From contig CAZHYN010000006.1 of the NCBI GenBank assembly GCA_964536865.1, forward strand, positions 1-32,000: 32,000 nucleotides of DNA. The letters run 5' to 3'. A program made the position numbers and the translations under genes. Under the pieces are notes generated by a model that worked only from the letters and a program-made list of their open reading frames with translations, was not told the DNA's origin and searched no databases. The stretch comes from an uncultured Planctomycetia bacterium (GTDB taxonomy: Bacteria; Omnitrophota; Gorgyraeia; Duberdicusellales; 4484-171). This document shows, one piece after another, positions 14,766 through 22,895 of this stretch (positions are counted from its first letter, which is position 1; every line of letters starts with the position of its first letter).

Positions 14766-15044
14766 ATGTTTATTGGGTATCTAAAGTTAGATATTTACAT
14801 TCCTTATTGTCGTTCTCTGAAGGAGAAGCGGCAGATTATTGCTAGAATTAAAGAGCGATTGAGAAACAAGTTTAATGTTTCGGTAGCAGAAAAACCATCG
14901 GATAAGTGGCAGAGAAGCGAATTATCTTTTGTGTGTGTTAACTATACCAAAAGCTGCCTAGATGAGATTATGCTTAAAGTGGAGGAGTATATTCGTTTTC
15001 ATAACGACTTGCATATTTTAGATACCCAGAAGGAGATTTTGTAG
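14766..15044 (+). CDS. DUF503 family protein (YlxP-like)
   Basis: 92 aa. The pattern L.IYIP.C.SLKEKR.I...IKERLRNKFNVSVAE...WQR is typical of DUF503. It sits immediately upstream of rbfA, as ylxP does in many bacteria. Confidence 0.75.
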   Translation: MFIGYLKLDIYIPYCRSLKEKRQIIARIKERLRNKFNVSVAEKPSDKWQRSELSFVCVNYTKSCLDEIMLKVEEYIRFHNDLHILDTQKEIL

Positions 15045-15045
15045 G

Positions 15046-15396
15046 ATGTCTCTGCGTTTGGAGAAAGTTAATAAGGAGATTAAGAAGAGATTAATGGAGA
15101 TAATTCAAAAGGAAGTCGACGACCCTAGCTTGGGTTTGGTAAGCATTACTCGAGTAGAAACTACTCCTGATTTACATCAGGCACGAGTTTATTTTAGTAT
15201 ACTAAATGATAAAGATTTCCCTCGCATAGAGAAAACATTGAATACTATGAGAGGGTTTTTAAGGAGACTGTTAGGGAAAAAATTAAGGATAAAGATATTA
15301 CCATCAATAAAATTTTTTCCTGATAGGAGCATAAAATATAGTGTAGATATTTATAAGAAGATAGAGGAGGTTATGAGTGATAAAAAAGATCATTGA
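15046..15396 (+). CDS. rbfA: Ribosome-binding factor A
   Basis: 116 aa. RLEKVNKEIKKRLMEIIQKEVDDPSLGLVSITRVETTPDLHQARVYFS matches the RbfA KH-like fold signature. Confidence 0.9.
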   Translation: MSLRLEKVNKEIKKRLMEIIQKEVDDPSLGLVSITRVETTPDLHQARVYFSILNDKDFPRIEKTLNTMRGFLRRLLGKKLRIKILPSIKFFPDRSIKYSVDIYKKIEEVMSDKKDH

Positions 15397-16333
15397 GCTT
15401 TTGAGGGAGAATAAAAGATTTTTAATTACTGCCCATATGAATCTGGAGGGAGATGCCTTAGGTTCAGAGTTAGCTACCTATCTTCTTCTTAGAAAGATGA
15501 ATAAGCAGGCTATTATCTACAACCACGATTCCACCCCCCAGGCTTATAGTTTTCTTCCTCATGTTAAAGTTATAAAAAATGAACTGGATTCTTCCTATGC
15601 GTTTGATGTAGCTTTGGTTTTAGATTGTTCTGATTCTTTTCGTACAGGGAAAGTAAAAGATTATTTAAGTAGGGCAAAGATTATTGTTAATATCGATCAT
15701 CATATAAGTAATACTTTTTTTGGAGACATAAATTGGGTGGACCCCAAGGCAAGCTCTGCCTCGGAGATGATTTACCGATTATGTAGGGAGTTAAAAGTGA
15801 TGAATAGAAAAATAGCCCTGTGCATCTATACGGGGATATTTACAGATACAGGTAGTTTCACCTATAGTAATGTTTCTTCACGGGTTCATAGGATCACTGC
15901 TGAATTATTTAGATACAAGATCTTACCCGATAAAATTTACGATTCCTTACATAGTTTTTGTCAGCTTAACGATATAAAGTTTATTGGCAAAATATTGTCT
16001 TCTATTAAAGCAGATCCTAGTGGAAAGATAATTTGGTCATTAATAAGGTACTGGCCAAAGAAGGATTACGATCTTACAGAAGTGATTTTCTCAATAATGC
16101 GGTTCTTAAGAGATGCCGAGGTTTTTTTATTGTTTAAAAAGTTAGGGAAAAATAAGGTTCGTGTAAACTTTCGCTCACGTTCTAAAGTAGATGTGAATAA
16201 AGTTGCTAAGTTTTTTGGAGGAGGAGGGCATAAACGAGCTAGTGGCACCACTATGTCTGGAAATCTCTCCTCGGTAGAAAAGAAGGTTATAACTTTCATT
16301 AGAAGATATACCAATGATAAGAAAAGGAAATAG
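15377..16333 (+). CDS. nrnA: DHH-family phosphoesterase (NrnA-type oligoribonuclease/pAp phosphatase)
   Basis: GTG start at 15377 with GAGGAGG 6 nt upstream. DHH motifs H.N.EGDALGS, DCSD and NIDHH are present, plus the DHHA1 motif GGGGHKRASG. Confidence 0.8.
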   Translation: MIKKIIELLRENKRFLITAHMNLEGDALGSELATYLLLRKMNKQAIIYNHDSTPQAYSFLPHVKVIKNELDSSYAFDVALVLDCSDSFRTGKVKDYLSRAKIIVNIDHHISNTFFGDINWVDPKASSASEMIYRLCRELKVMNRKIALCIYTGIFTDTGSFTYSNVSSRVHRITAELFRYKILPDKIYDSLHSFCQLNDIKFIGKILSSIKADPSGKIIWSLIRYWPKKDYDLTEVIFSIMRFLRDAEVFLLFKKLGKNKVRVNFRSRSKVDVNKVAKFFGGGGHKRASGTTMSGNLSSVEKKVITFIRRYTNDKKRK

Positions 16334-16997
16334 GGATGGTTTGATCTTAGTGAATAAGCCTCCTGGATTAACTAGTCACGATGTAGTTAACTATGTGCGT
16401 AAAAAACTTAACATTAGGAGGGTAGGACATGCTGGTACCTTAGATCCTCAGGCAGAGGGTTTGCTTGTTATTCTTGTAGGAAGATATACAAAATTTTTCT
16501 CCAGGTTTGTAGATTTTGATAAAGAGTATGAGGGGATTATGAAATTAGGAGAGACAACTACTACTGGGGATGCTCAAGGTGAGGTTGTAAAGAGAAGAAG
16601 TATAGAGAATTTAAATGAATCAGAAGTTAGAGATGTCTTTTCCTCTTTTGTAGGAGAGATTGAACAAATTCCTCCTATGGTTAGTGCTATAAGGGTAGAA
16701 GGGAAAAGATTATATAAACTAGCCCGCAGAGGTATAGTGGTAAAGAGACTCCCTCGAAAGGTAAAGATTTATGATTTAAGGATTTTAAAAATTAAGTTTC
16801 CCTTTGTGGAGTTCTATGTAAGGTGTTCTAAAGGAACTTACATAAGGAAGTTAGCTGAGGATATAGGAGAAAGGTTAGGATGTGGGGCGCACATAACTTC
16901 TATTGTGAGAACATCAGTAGGTCCCTTTAGTTTGAAAGAAGCGGTAAATTTAGAAGATATCAATGTTGCCCATTTAGGGGAGTATACCTTTGAATGA
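16314..16997 (+). CDS. truB: tRNA pseudouridine(55) synthase TruB
   Basis: GLILVNKPPGLTSHDVV; the catalytic Asp motif is GHAGTLDPQAEGLL; also IPPMVSAIRVEGKRLY. The protein is short and has no PUA extension. Confidence 0.93.
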   Translation: MIRKGNRDGLILVNKPPGLTSHDVVNYVRKKLNIRRVGHAGTLDPQAEGLLVILVGRYTKFFSRFVDFDKEYEGIMKLGETTTTGDAQGEVVKRRSIENLNESEVRDVFSSFVGEIEQIPPMVSAIRVEGKRLYKLARRGIVVKRLPRKVKIYDLRILKIKFPFVEFYVRCSKGTYIRKLAEDIGERLGCGAHITSIVRTSVGPFSLKEAVNLEDINVAHLGEYTFE

Positions 16998-17905
16998 TAA
17001 CTCTTCGTTTTCCTCTTTTAAAACGAATAGAATGTGTTGCTACCGTTGGAGTATTCGATGGTCTTCATCTCGGCCACTTATTCCTTATTAGAAAATTAAA
17101 AAAAATAGCAAAAAGAAAAAAATTACCCTCATTGGTAGTTACCTTTTGGCCCCCTCCTCAGCGAGTTCTTTCTTCTTCCTTTTTGGGTTTTCTTACTAAC
17201 TTGGAAGAAAAGAAGCAGATTTTAGCAAGAGAGGGAATTGATTACTTATTACTTTTTCATACTACGTCTGATTTATTGCATTTGAGAGGTGAAGAGTTTT
17301 TAGAGAAACTTATCTCATCTATAAAAGTAAACACTTTAGTAGTAGGTGAAGATTTTAGATTTGGATATAGGAGAGAAATCGGTGTTAAAAAATTGAAAAA
17401 GTTTTCAGGAGAAATGGGATTTGATGTAATAGTTTTGAAGAAAAAAAAATTAGGAAAGAGAATAATTAGTAGTTCTTATATAAGAAGACTGATAAAGAAA
17501 GCCTCCTTTCCTCAAGCTGAAAGATTACTCGCCAGGCCATATATCATAGAAGGCAAGATAGTTAAAGGCAAGGGATTAGGTTCTACAATAGGTTACCCTA
17601 CTTTAAATGTAGATTGGCAAAATAAAATGATACCTAAACGGGGAGTGTATGTGGTTAAGGTATTTTTGAGAAGAAGGTGGCGCTTGGCTCTCTGTAATAT
17701 AGGTTTTGCTCCTACCGTCTCAAGAGATAAAAAGATGAGTATGGAAATTTATATTTTACATCTCAAGAAGAAAATCAGACCCAAGAAAGCCAAGATTATC
17801 TTTTTGAAAAGAATCCGTAGAGAAAGGAAATTTCCTTCTTTGGAAAAGTTGAAGGAGAGAATAGGTAAAGATATAAGAGCTGTCCTTTCAAAATATAGTG
17901 GTTAA
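16994..17905 (+). CDS. ribF: Bifunctional riboflavin kinase / FMN adenylyltransferase
   Basis: GVFDGLHLGH nucleotidyltransferase motif, VVGEDFRFG, SSS.IR, and the C-terminal kinase motif GKGLGSTIGYPTLNV. ATGA overlap with truB. Confidence 0.9.
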   Translation: MITLRFPLLKRIECVATVGVFDGLHLGHLFLIRKLKKIAKRKKLPSLVVTFWPPPQRVLSSSFLGFLTNLEEKKQILAREGIDYLLLFHTTSDLLHLRGEEFLEKLISSIKVNTLVVGEDFRFGYRREIGVKKLKKFSGEMGFDVIVLKKKKLGKRIISSSYIRRLIKKASFPQAERLLARPYIIEGKIVKGKGLGSTIGYPTLNVDWQNKMIPKRGVYVVKVFLRRRWRLALCNIGFAPTVSRDKKMSMEIYILHLKKKIRPKKAKIIFLKRIRRERKFPSLEKLKERIGKDIRAVLSKYSG

Positions 17906-17960
17906 ATCGCTCCTCCCCCCCAATCTTTAGTGTTTCTCATAATAAATCAATTAAAATTTC

Positions 17961-17989
17961 TTGACAAATGTAGTTTGGTAAATTATATT
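17961..17989 (+). promoter_or_regulatory. dcw-cluster promoter (TTGACA, 17-nt spacer, TATATT) with an A/T-rich UP-like tract upstream
   Basis: Perfect -35 TTGACA at 17961-17966, a 17-nt spacer and TATATT at 17984-17989. It is preceded by AATAAATCAATTAAAATTTC. This lies in the only real gap (17906-18020) in the second half of the window, directly upstream of mraZ. Confidence 0.6.
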
Positions 17990-17992
17990 TAT

Positions 17993-18027
17993 ATTGTGGA
18001 ATAAAGTGGAGTAAAGTGGAATGTGGT
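17993..18027 (+). promoter_or_regulatory. Putative MraZ operator: three 10-bp-phased direct repeats (atTGTGGA, AAAGTGGA, AAAGTGGA) plus an off-phase GTGGT over the start codon
   Basis: GTGGA occurs at 17996-18000, 18006-18010 and 18016-18020, an exact 10-bp period. The last two units are identical 8-mers, AAAGTGGA. GTGGT at 18023-18027 overlaps ATG 18021. The repeats lie between the -10 and mraZ. Confidence 0.6.
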
Positions 18028-18452
18028 ATGGCAAATATTTTCATACCTTAGATTCTAAAGATAGATTTATCCTTCCTGCAAAGTTCCGAGAAAAAATGAA
18101 AAAGATGAAAAGCAAAGTCTTTTATCTTACCTGCGGCTTAGATGGATGTTTATTTTTATTTTCTCATGACACCTGGAGAAAGATGGAAGAAAAGTTGAAA
18201 TCCCTATCATTTACTAAACAACAGTCTCGATATTTTAATCGATTATATTTTAGTGGGGCACAAGAGGTAGAAGTTGATTCTCAAGGGAGAATCACTATTC
18301 CCTCCTATCTTAAAGAGTTTGCAGAAATCAAAAGAGAGATAATAATTTTAGGGGTTGCCGATAGAATTGAAATTTGGGATAGAGAAAAATGGGAGAAGTT
18401 TTATGTTGACAATAGAAAGAGATTCGAAGAAATGGCAGAAGGTCTCTTTTAA
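18021..18452 (+). CDS. mraZ: Transcriptional regulator MraZ
   Basis: 143 aa with two SpoVT/AbrB-like halves, each carrying the DxxxR motif (LDSKDRFILP and VDSQGRITIP). It is the first gene of the dcw cluster. Confidence 0.93.
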   Translation: MWYGKYFHTLDSKDRFILPAKFREKMKKMKSKVFYLTCGLDGCLFLFSHDTWRKMEEKLKSLSFTKQQSRYFNRLYFSGAQEVEVDSQGRITIPSYLKEFAEIKREIIILGVADRIEIWDREKWEKFYVDNRKRFEEMAEGLF

Positions 18453-19353
18453 CAAAGAGACAGCCCATTATCCGGTGATGTATAAGGAGGTGATACATTA
18501 TCTTATTCCTATTGTAAGAAAGGTAATCGTAGACTGCACCTTAGGAGTAGGTTCTCATGCTTTAAAACTCCTTCCTCATCTAAAAGAAGGTGCTATTCTT
18601 ATAGGGATTGATAAAGATGGAGATTCTTTAGAAGTAGCTCGTCAGAGATTAAGGGGCTTTAAAGATAAAGTAGTTTTAGTTAAAGATGATTTTCGCAATA
18701 TAGATGTGATTTTAGATAGTTTAGGTTTCAATAAGGCAGATGCTTTTCTTTTTGATTTAGGGGTATCCAGTTTTCAACTTAGTGATCCTCAGCGAGGATT
18801 TAGTTTCTTAAGAGAAGGTCCTTTGGATATGCGGATGGATAGAGAATCTTTTCTATGTGCTTATGATTTGGTTAATAATTTAAGCGAAAGAGAATTAGCA
18901 ATAATTTTTGAAAAGTTTGGCCAAGAGCGTTATTCTCGAAGAATAGCTCATTTTTTGGTGGAGGAAAGAAAAAAATCACTCCTTTCTACCACTGGGCAAC
19001 TTAGAGATACGATTCTACGCGCTATTCCTAAAAGAAATACGTATCATAGGATTCATCCTGCTACTAGAATATTTCAAGCATTGAGGATTGCTGTTAATAG
19101 GGAGCTTGATTGTTTAAAAGAGGGATTGGAGAAAGCAATTCCTCGGTTATCCGGGGGAGGAAGAATCATAGTTATATCTTTTCATTCTTTGGAGGATAGA
19201 ATTGTAAAAAATACTTTTAGGAAATTCTCTGCCTCTAAGGTATTAAATATACTTACAAAGAAGCCTTTTGTGCCTACCTTGGAAGAAATAACAGAGAATG
19301 TTCGTTCTCGCTCAGCTAAGTTAAGAGCGGCAGAGCGAATTTTCTCTGAGTAA
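18403..19353 (+). CDS. rsmH: 16S rRNA (cytosine1402-N4)-methyltransferase RsmH
   Basis: HYPVMYKEV (H.PVL motif), DCTLGVGSH (SAM-binding), DLGVSS.QLD, RGFSF, GPLDMRMD, FHSLEDR. The conserved His lies upstream of every start candidate except ATG 18403 (GGGAGAAG upstream) and ATG 18355, so the gene must begin inside mraZ. Confidence 0.9.
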   Translation: MLTIERDSKKWQKVSFNKETAHYPVMYKEVIHYLIPIVRKVIVDCTLGVGSHALKLLPHLKEGAILIGIDKDGDSLEVARQRLRGFKDKVVLVKDDFRNIDVILDSLGFNKADAFLFDLGVSSFQLSDPQRGFSFLREGPLDMRMDRESFLCAYDLVNNLSERELAIIFEKFGQERYSRRIAHFLVEERKKSLLSTTGQLRDTILRAIPKRNTYHRIHPATRIFQALRIAVNRELDCLKEGLEKAIPRLSGGGRIIVISFHSLEDRIVKNTFRKFSASKVLNILTKKPFVPTLEEITENVRSRSAKLRAAERIFSE

Positions 19354-19365
19354 AGTTATTTAAAA

Positions 19366-19731
19366 ATGAAACGCGGAATTATTTGTTTAATAGGAATATT
19401 TACTTTTCTTCTTCTTTACCTCCATCAAAAAATTTCCCTCTATATTGAAGCTTATCGATTAGCTAAGAACTACAAAATTTATAACGAATTAGTTGCTAAA
19501 CGTGACGCTTTAATGTATAATTTTTATAGTAAAACTTCTCTGGAAAAACTTAATCAATGGGCAGAAATTCATCAGTTTATAATTCCTGAGGAAGAGAAGG
19601 TGTTAGCTTACCGTATTAAGAAAGCTGAAAGTGCTTACTCTAAAGCTGGATGGATGACTGTTTTAGCTCAGGTTAACCGTAGGATTTTTAACTTACCTCT
19701 ACGTTCCCAAACTTTCGCTGAGGAGAAATAA
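19366..19731 (+). CDS. ftsL: Cell division protein FtsL-like (small bitopic membrane protein)
   Basis: 121 aa with a single N-terminal TM (IICLIGIFTFLLLYL) followed by a helical, coiled-coil-like segment. It has the canonical position between rsmH and ftsI. Assignment is by position and topology only. Confidence 0.6.
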   Translation: MKRGIICLIGIFTFLLLYLHQKISLYIEAYRLAKNYKIYNELVAKRDALMYNFYSKTSLEKLNQWAEIHQFIIPEEEKVLAYRIKKAESAYSKAGWMTVLAQVNRRIFNLPLRSQTFAEEK

Positions 19732-19743
19732 CTTTTTTAAAGT

Positions 19744-21444
19744 GTGAAAGATGTAGGGAAAAATCTTAGAATATATATCGTACTCTCTTTTCTAGCCCTC
19801 ACTTTTTTTGCTATCTTAGGTAAAATAGCTTATCTTCAGGTGTTTAATAAGGAATTTTTCAAAAATTTAGCTTATTCTCAGTACATTACAGTTATATCTC
19901 TAAATGGAGAAAGGGGGAAAATTTATGATAGGGAGGATAGAATTTTAGCTACCGACCTTACTACCTACTCTGTGTACGCCGATCCTCAATTAGTTGAGGA
20001 TAAGGATAAGTTTTGTAAAGAGATTTCAGAAGTTCTAAAGATATATAGAGAGAAAGTTAAAGAGAATCTCGATTCACCAAAGCGATTCGTATGGATTAAA
20101 AGAAAGATATCGTGGGAGGAGAAAGAAAAGGTTGAAAAGTTAAAATTGAAAGGTTTAGGATTTATAAGGGAGAAAAAGAGATTTTACCCTCACGGGACTC
20201 TTGCTGCGCATATTCTGGGAGGAGTAGACCTTGACAATCGAGGAATAGAGGGAATAGAACTCTTTTACGAAGGTTATTTACAAGGGAAAGAAGGTATCGC
20301 TACCGTTTTTAAAGACTCCTCAGCTTCTACTTTTACTTTTCATCCTCAGGTTTTTCATCCTCAGAAAGGGGCGGATGTTTTTTTGACTATAGATGCCCAA
20401 ATTCAGTACTGGAGTGAGAGTTATTTAAAGGAGACTATAGAGAAATTTAAGGCAAAAGCTGGTTCGGTAATAGTAATGGATGCCTCTAATGGGGAACTAT
20501 TGGCTTTAGCCAACTGGCCTACTTTTGATCCTAACAGGATAGGTGAGTTTATGCCGTCACAGATAAGAAATAGAGCGATTACTGATATATTCGAGCCTGG
20601 TTCGGTATTCAAAATAGTTACTTTGGTTACCGCTATCGCTGAGAAAAAAAATTCTCCTCAAAAAGTGATATTTTGTGAGAGAGGAAAGTATAAAATTCCT
20701 GGGAGTATTCTTCATGATTGGAAACCTTATGGAGAGCTTACTTTTAAAGAGGTATTTAAGAAATCTAGTAATATTGGAGTAGCAAAAATTGCTCAAAGTT
20801 TGTCCCCTTTTTCTCTTTATGCTTATATGAAGAAGCTTGGTTTTGGAGTAAAAACAGATATAGATTTGCCAGGAGAGACCTCTGGGATTTTAAAATCTCC
20901 TAGAGAGTGGAGTAAAACCTCTTATTTTATTATTCCTATCGGTCAAGAAGTAGCAGTAACTCTGATTCAGTTAGCCTCAGCTATGGCTACCATTGCTAAT
21001 GGAGGTTACAGAGTAAGACCTCATTTGGTGAGAAAGATTTGGTATGGTGAATCTTTCTGGGAGTTTAAACCTCATAAGAAGAGGGTGTTACCTTCTAAAG
21101 TGGCAGAGAGTGTAAGAGAAATACTTAAAGAAGTAGTAGAGGAAGGAACAGGAAAGCTTGCCAGAATTGATGGAGCAGTAGTAGGAGGTAAGACAGGAAC
21201 CGCTCAAAAGTTTGATGTAGAAAGGAAGAGATATTCCCATACAAGGTATCGAGCCTCTTTTGTGGGGTTTATTCAAAAAGATTCCCATCCTTTAGTTATA
21301 GCAGTAAGTGTGGATGAGCCTACTAAGTCTCATTTTGGAGGAGTAGTAGCTGCTCCTCTTTTTAAGAAGATAGGGGAAAATATTTTAAAGTATAGAGCAA
21401 TAGTAGAGAAGAAAAGCGAAACTTTCCTAATAGAGAAGATGTAA
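19744..21444 (+). CDS. ftsI: Peptidoglycan D,D-transpeptidase FtsI (class B PBP)
   Basis: GTG start. N-terminal TM, PBP dimerisation domain, and transpeptidase motifs SVFK (SxxK), SSN and KTGT. Confidence 0.9.
   Translation: MKDVGKNLRIYIVLSFLALTFFAILGKIAYLQVFNKEFFKNLAYSQYITVISLNGERGKIYDREDRILATDLTTYSVYADPQLVEDKDKFCKEISEVLKIYREKVKENLDSPKRFVWIKRKISWEEKEKVEKLKLKGLGFIREKKRFYPHGTLAAHILGGVDLDNRGIEGIELFYEGYLQGKEGIATVFKDSSASTFTFHPQVFHPQKGADVFLTIDAQIQYWSESYLKETIEKFKAKAGSVIVMDASNGELLALANWPTFDPNRIGEFMPSQIRNRAITDIFEPGSVFKIVTLVTAIAEKKNSPQKVIFCERGKYKIPGSILHDWKPYGELTFKEVFKKSSNIGVAKIAQSLSPFSLYAYMKKLGFGVKTDIDLPGETSGILKSPREWSKTSYFIIPIGQEVAVTLIQLASAMATIANGGYRVRPHLVRKIWYGESFWEFKPHKKRVLPSKVAESVREILKEVVEEGTGKLARIDGAVVGGKTGTAQKFDVERKRYSHTRYRASFVGFIQKDSHPLVIAVSVDEPTKSHFGGVVAAPLFKKIGENILKYRAIVEKKSETFLIEKM
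20337..20364 (+). repeat. In-frame tandem duplication inside ftsI (13-nt perfect copies TTTTCATCCTCAG at period 15)
   Basis: The 13-mer at 20337-20349 is repeated at 20352-20364. It encodes FHPQ-V-FHPQ in the non-catalytic N-terminal module. Confidence 0.9.
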
Positions 21445-21455
21445 AAAGACTTTAA

Positions 21456-22895
21456 ATGAAGCTGAGGGAGTTTTTCCCCAACCTTAAGTTAGAGGAAAGA
21501 CTAGCCAACCTAGAGATAAAAAATATATCCAGAGATTCTCACACCCTTAAGAAAGGAGATATGTTTTTTATAATCGAAGGTGCATCTTTTGATATTTTCA
21601 GTATCCTAAATCAGATAAAAGATAAAGTAGCAGTATTTGTAGGAGATAAAAAAAAGAAAAAAGTTATTGTTTCTGTCTTAAAAGAAGCACCTGTTATTTA
21701 TGTTGATGACCCTTATAAAGAATTTAGAAAAGCAGTAGATAAATTGTATTCTCATTCTTTGGAGGGGTTAACTTTTATTGGTGTAACTGGTAGTAATGGT
21801 AAAACTACCACTGCCTTTGTAATTTATGAACTCTTAAAAATGTTTAAGAAGCCTACCTCTTTAATTGGTACAGTGGGCTACTACATAGAAGATAAAAAAA
21901 TGGAAGCTACTTATACTACTCCTGATTATCTTTCTTTAAGAAAGCTACTTTCCCTAATAAAAAAAAGAAATTCTTATGTAGTAATGGAGGTTTCCTCTCA
22001 TGCTTTACAACAAAAGAGAGTAGAGGGAATTGAGTTCTCTCAGTGCATCTTTACTAATCTTTCCAGAGACCATCTTGACTATCATTCTACCATGCAAAGT
22101 TACTTTAAAGCTAAGGAAAGACTTTTCTTAGACAATCCCAAGGCTACGGCTTTAGTAAACATAGATAACTACTATGGGCGGAAGCTTGTTAGTCAAATAG
22201 ATAATCATTTGGTTACTTATGGATTTAAAAAGAAGGCTCATTTTAGGGCATACGATTTAACTATTTCCAAAGAGGGAAGCAGGTTTACTTTACTTCATCG
22301 AGAAAAAACTTACCCTATAAGGATAAAGCTTTTGGGGAGACATAATATCCTCAATATTCTTGCTGGATTTGCTTCTTTAGTGGAATTAGGATTTAATCCA
22401 GATGCGGTTGCTAAATTTTTACCCCAACTTAATTCTCCTTTGGGAAGACTTCAGTTGATAGATAGGGAGATCTACGTAGACTACGCCCACACTCCTCAGG
22501 CTTTAAAAACTACTCTTGCTACTTTAAGGGAAGTAGGATACCAGAAGGTTGTGTGTGTATTTGGTTGTGGAGGAGATAGGGATAAGGGGAAAAGAGCTGT
22601 AATGGGAGAGGTTGCTTCTTGTCTTGCTGATTTTACTATCTTGACTTCTGATAACCCACGCAGTGAAGACCCTTATCAAATTGTCTCTCAGATAGAGAAA
22701 GGATTTAAAAGGGATAATTACACAGTAGTTTTAGATAGAAGGGAAGCAATAAAAAAAGCTTTAGAGATTGGAAGGAGACAGAAGTGTGCTGTTCTTATTG
22801 CCGGGAAAGGCCATGAGAACTATCAAATCATAAAGGATAGAAGGATTCCCTTCTGTGATACTTCAGTTGTTAGAGAGCTTCTTAAGAATGAGTGA
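21456..22895 (+). CDS. murE: UDP-N-acetylmuramoyl-L-alanyl-D-glutamate--2,6-diaminopimelate ligase MurE
   Basis: P-loop GVTGSNGKTTT is present. The DNPR motif (LTSDNPRSEDP) indicates meso-DAP specificity. GKGHE present. Confidence 0.95.
   Translation: MKLREFFPNLKLEERLANLEIKNISRDSHTLKKGDMFFIIEGASFDIFSILNQIKDKVAVFVGDKKKKKVIVSVLKEAPVIYVDDPYKEFRKAVDKLYSHSLEGLTFIGVTGSNGKTTTAFVIYELLKMFKKPTSLIGTVGYYIEDKKMEATYTTPDYLSLRKLLSLIKKRNSYVVMEVSSHALQQKRVEGIEFSQCIFTNLSRDHLDYHSTMQSYFKAKERLFLDNPKATALVNIDNYYGRKLVSQIDNHLVTYGFKKKAHFRAYDLTISKEGSRFTLLHREKTYPIRIKLLGRHNILNILAGFASLVELGFNPDAVAKFLPQLNSPLGRLQLIDREIYVDYAHTPQALKTTLATLREVGYQKVVCVFGCGGDRDKGKRAVMGEVASCLADFTILTSDNPRSEDPYQIVSQIEKGFKRDNYTVVLDRREAIKKALEIGRRQKCAVLIAGKGHENYQIIKDRRIPFCDTSVVRELLKNE

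Noticed and set aside
17441-17449. A9 run inside ribF (KKK), and similar A-runs elsewhere (for example around 21650 in murE), as programmed frameshift or phase-variation sites
   Set aside because: The reading frames are intact through them and no alternative-frame ORF continues downstream. Poly-A Lys runs are common in AT-rich genomes.
17915-17921. C7 homopolymer just downstream of ribF and ~40 nt upstream of the dcw -35, as a possible phase-variation tract
   Set aside because: It is short, lies outside the -35/-10 spacer and any CDS, and offers no evidence of length variation in a single sequence. It is recorded only as a compositional oddity.
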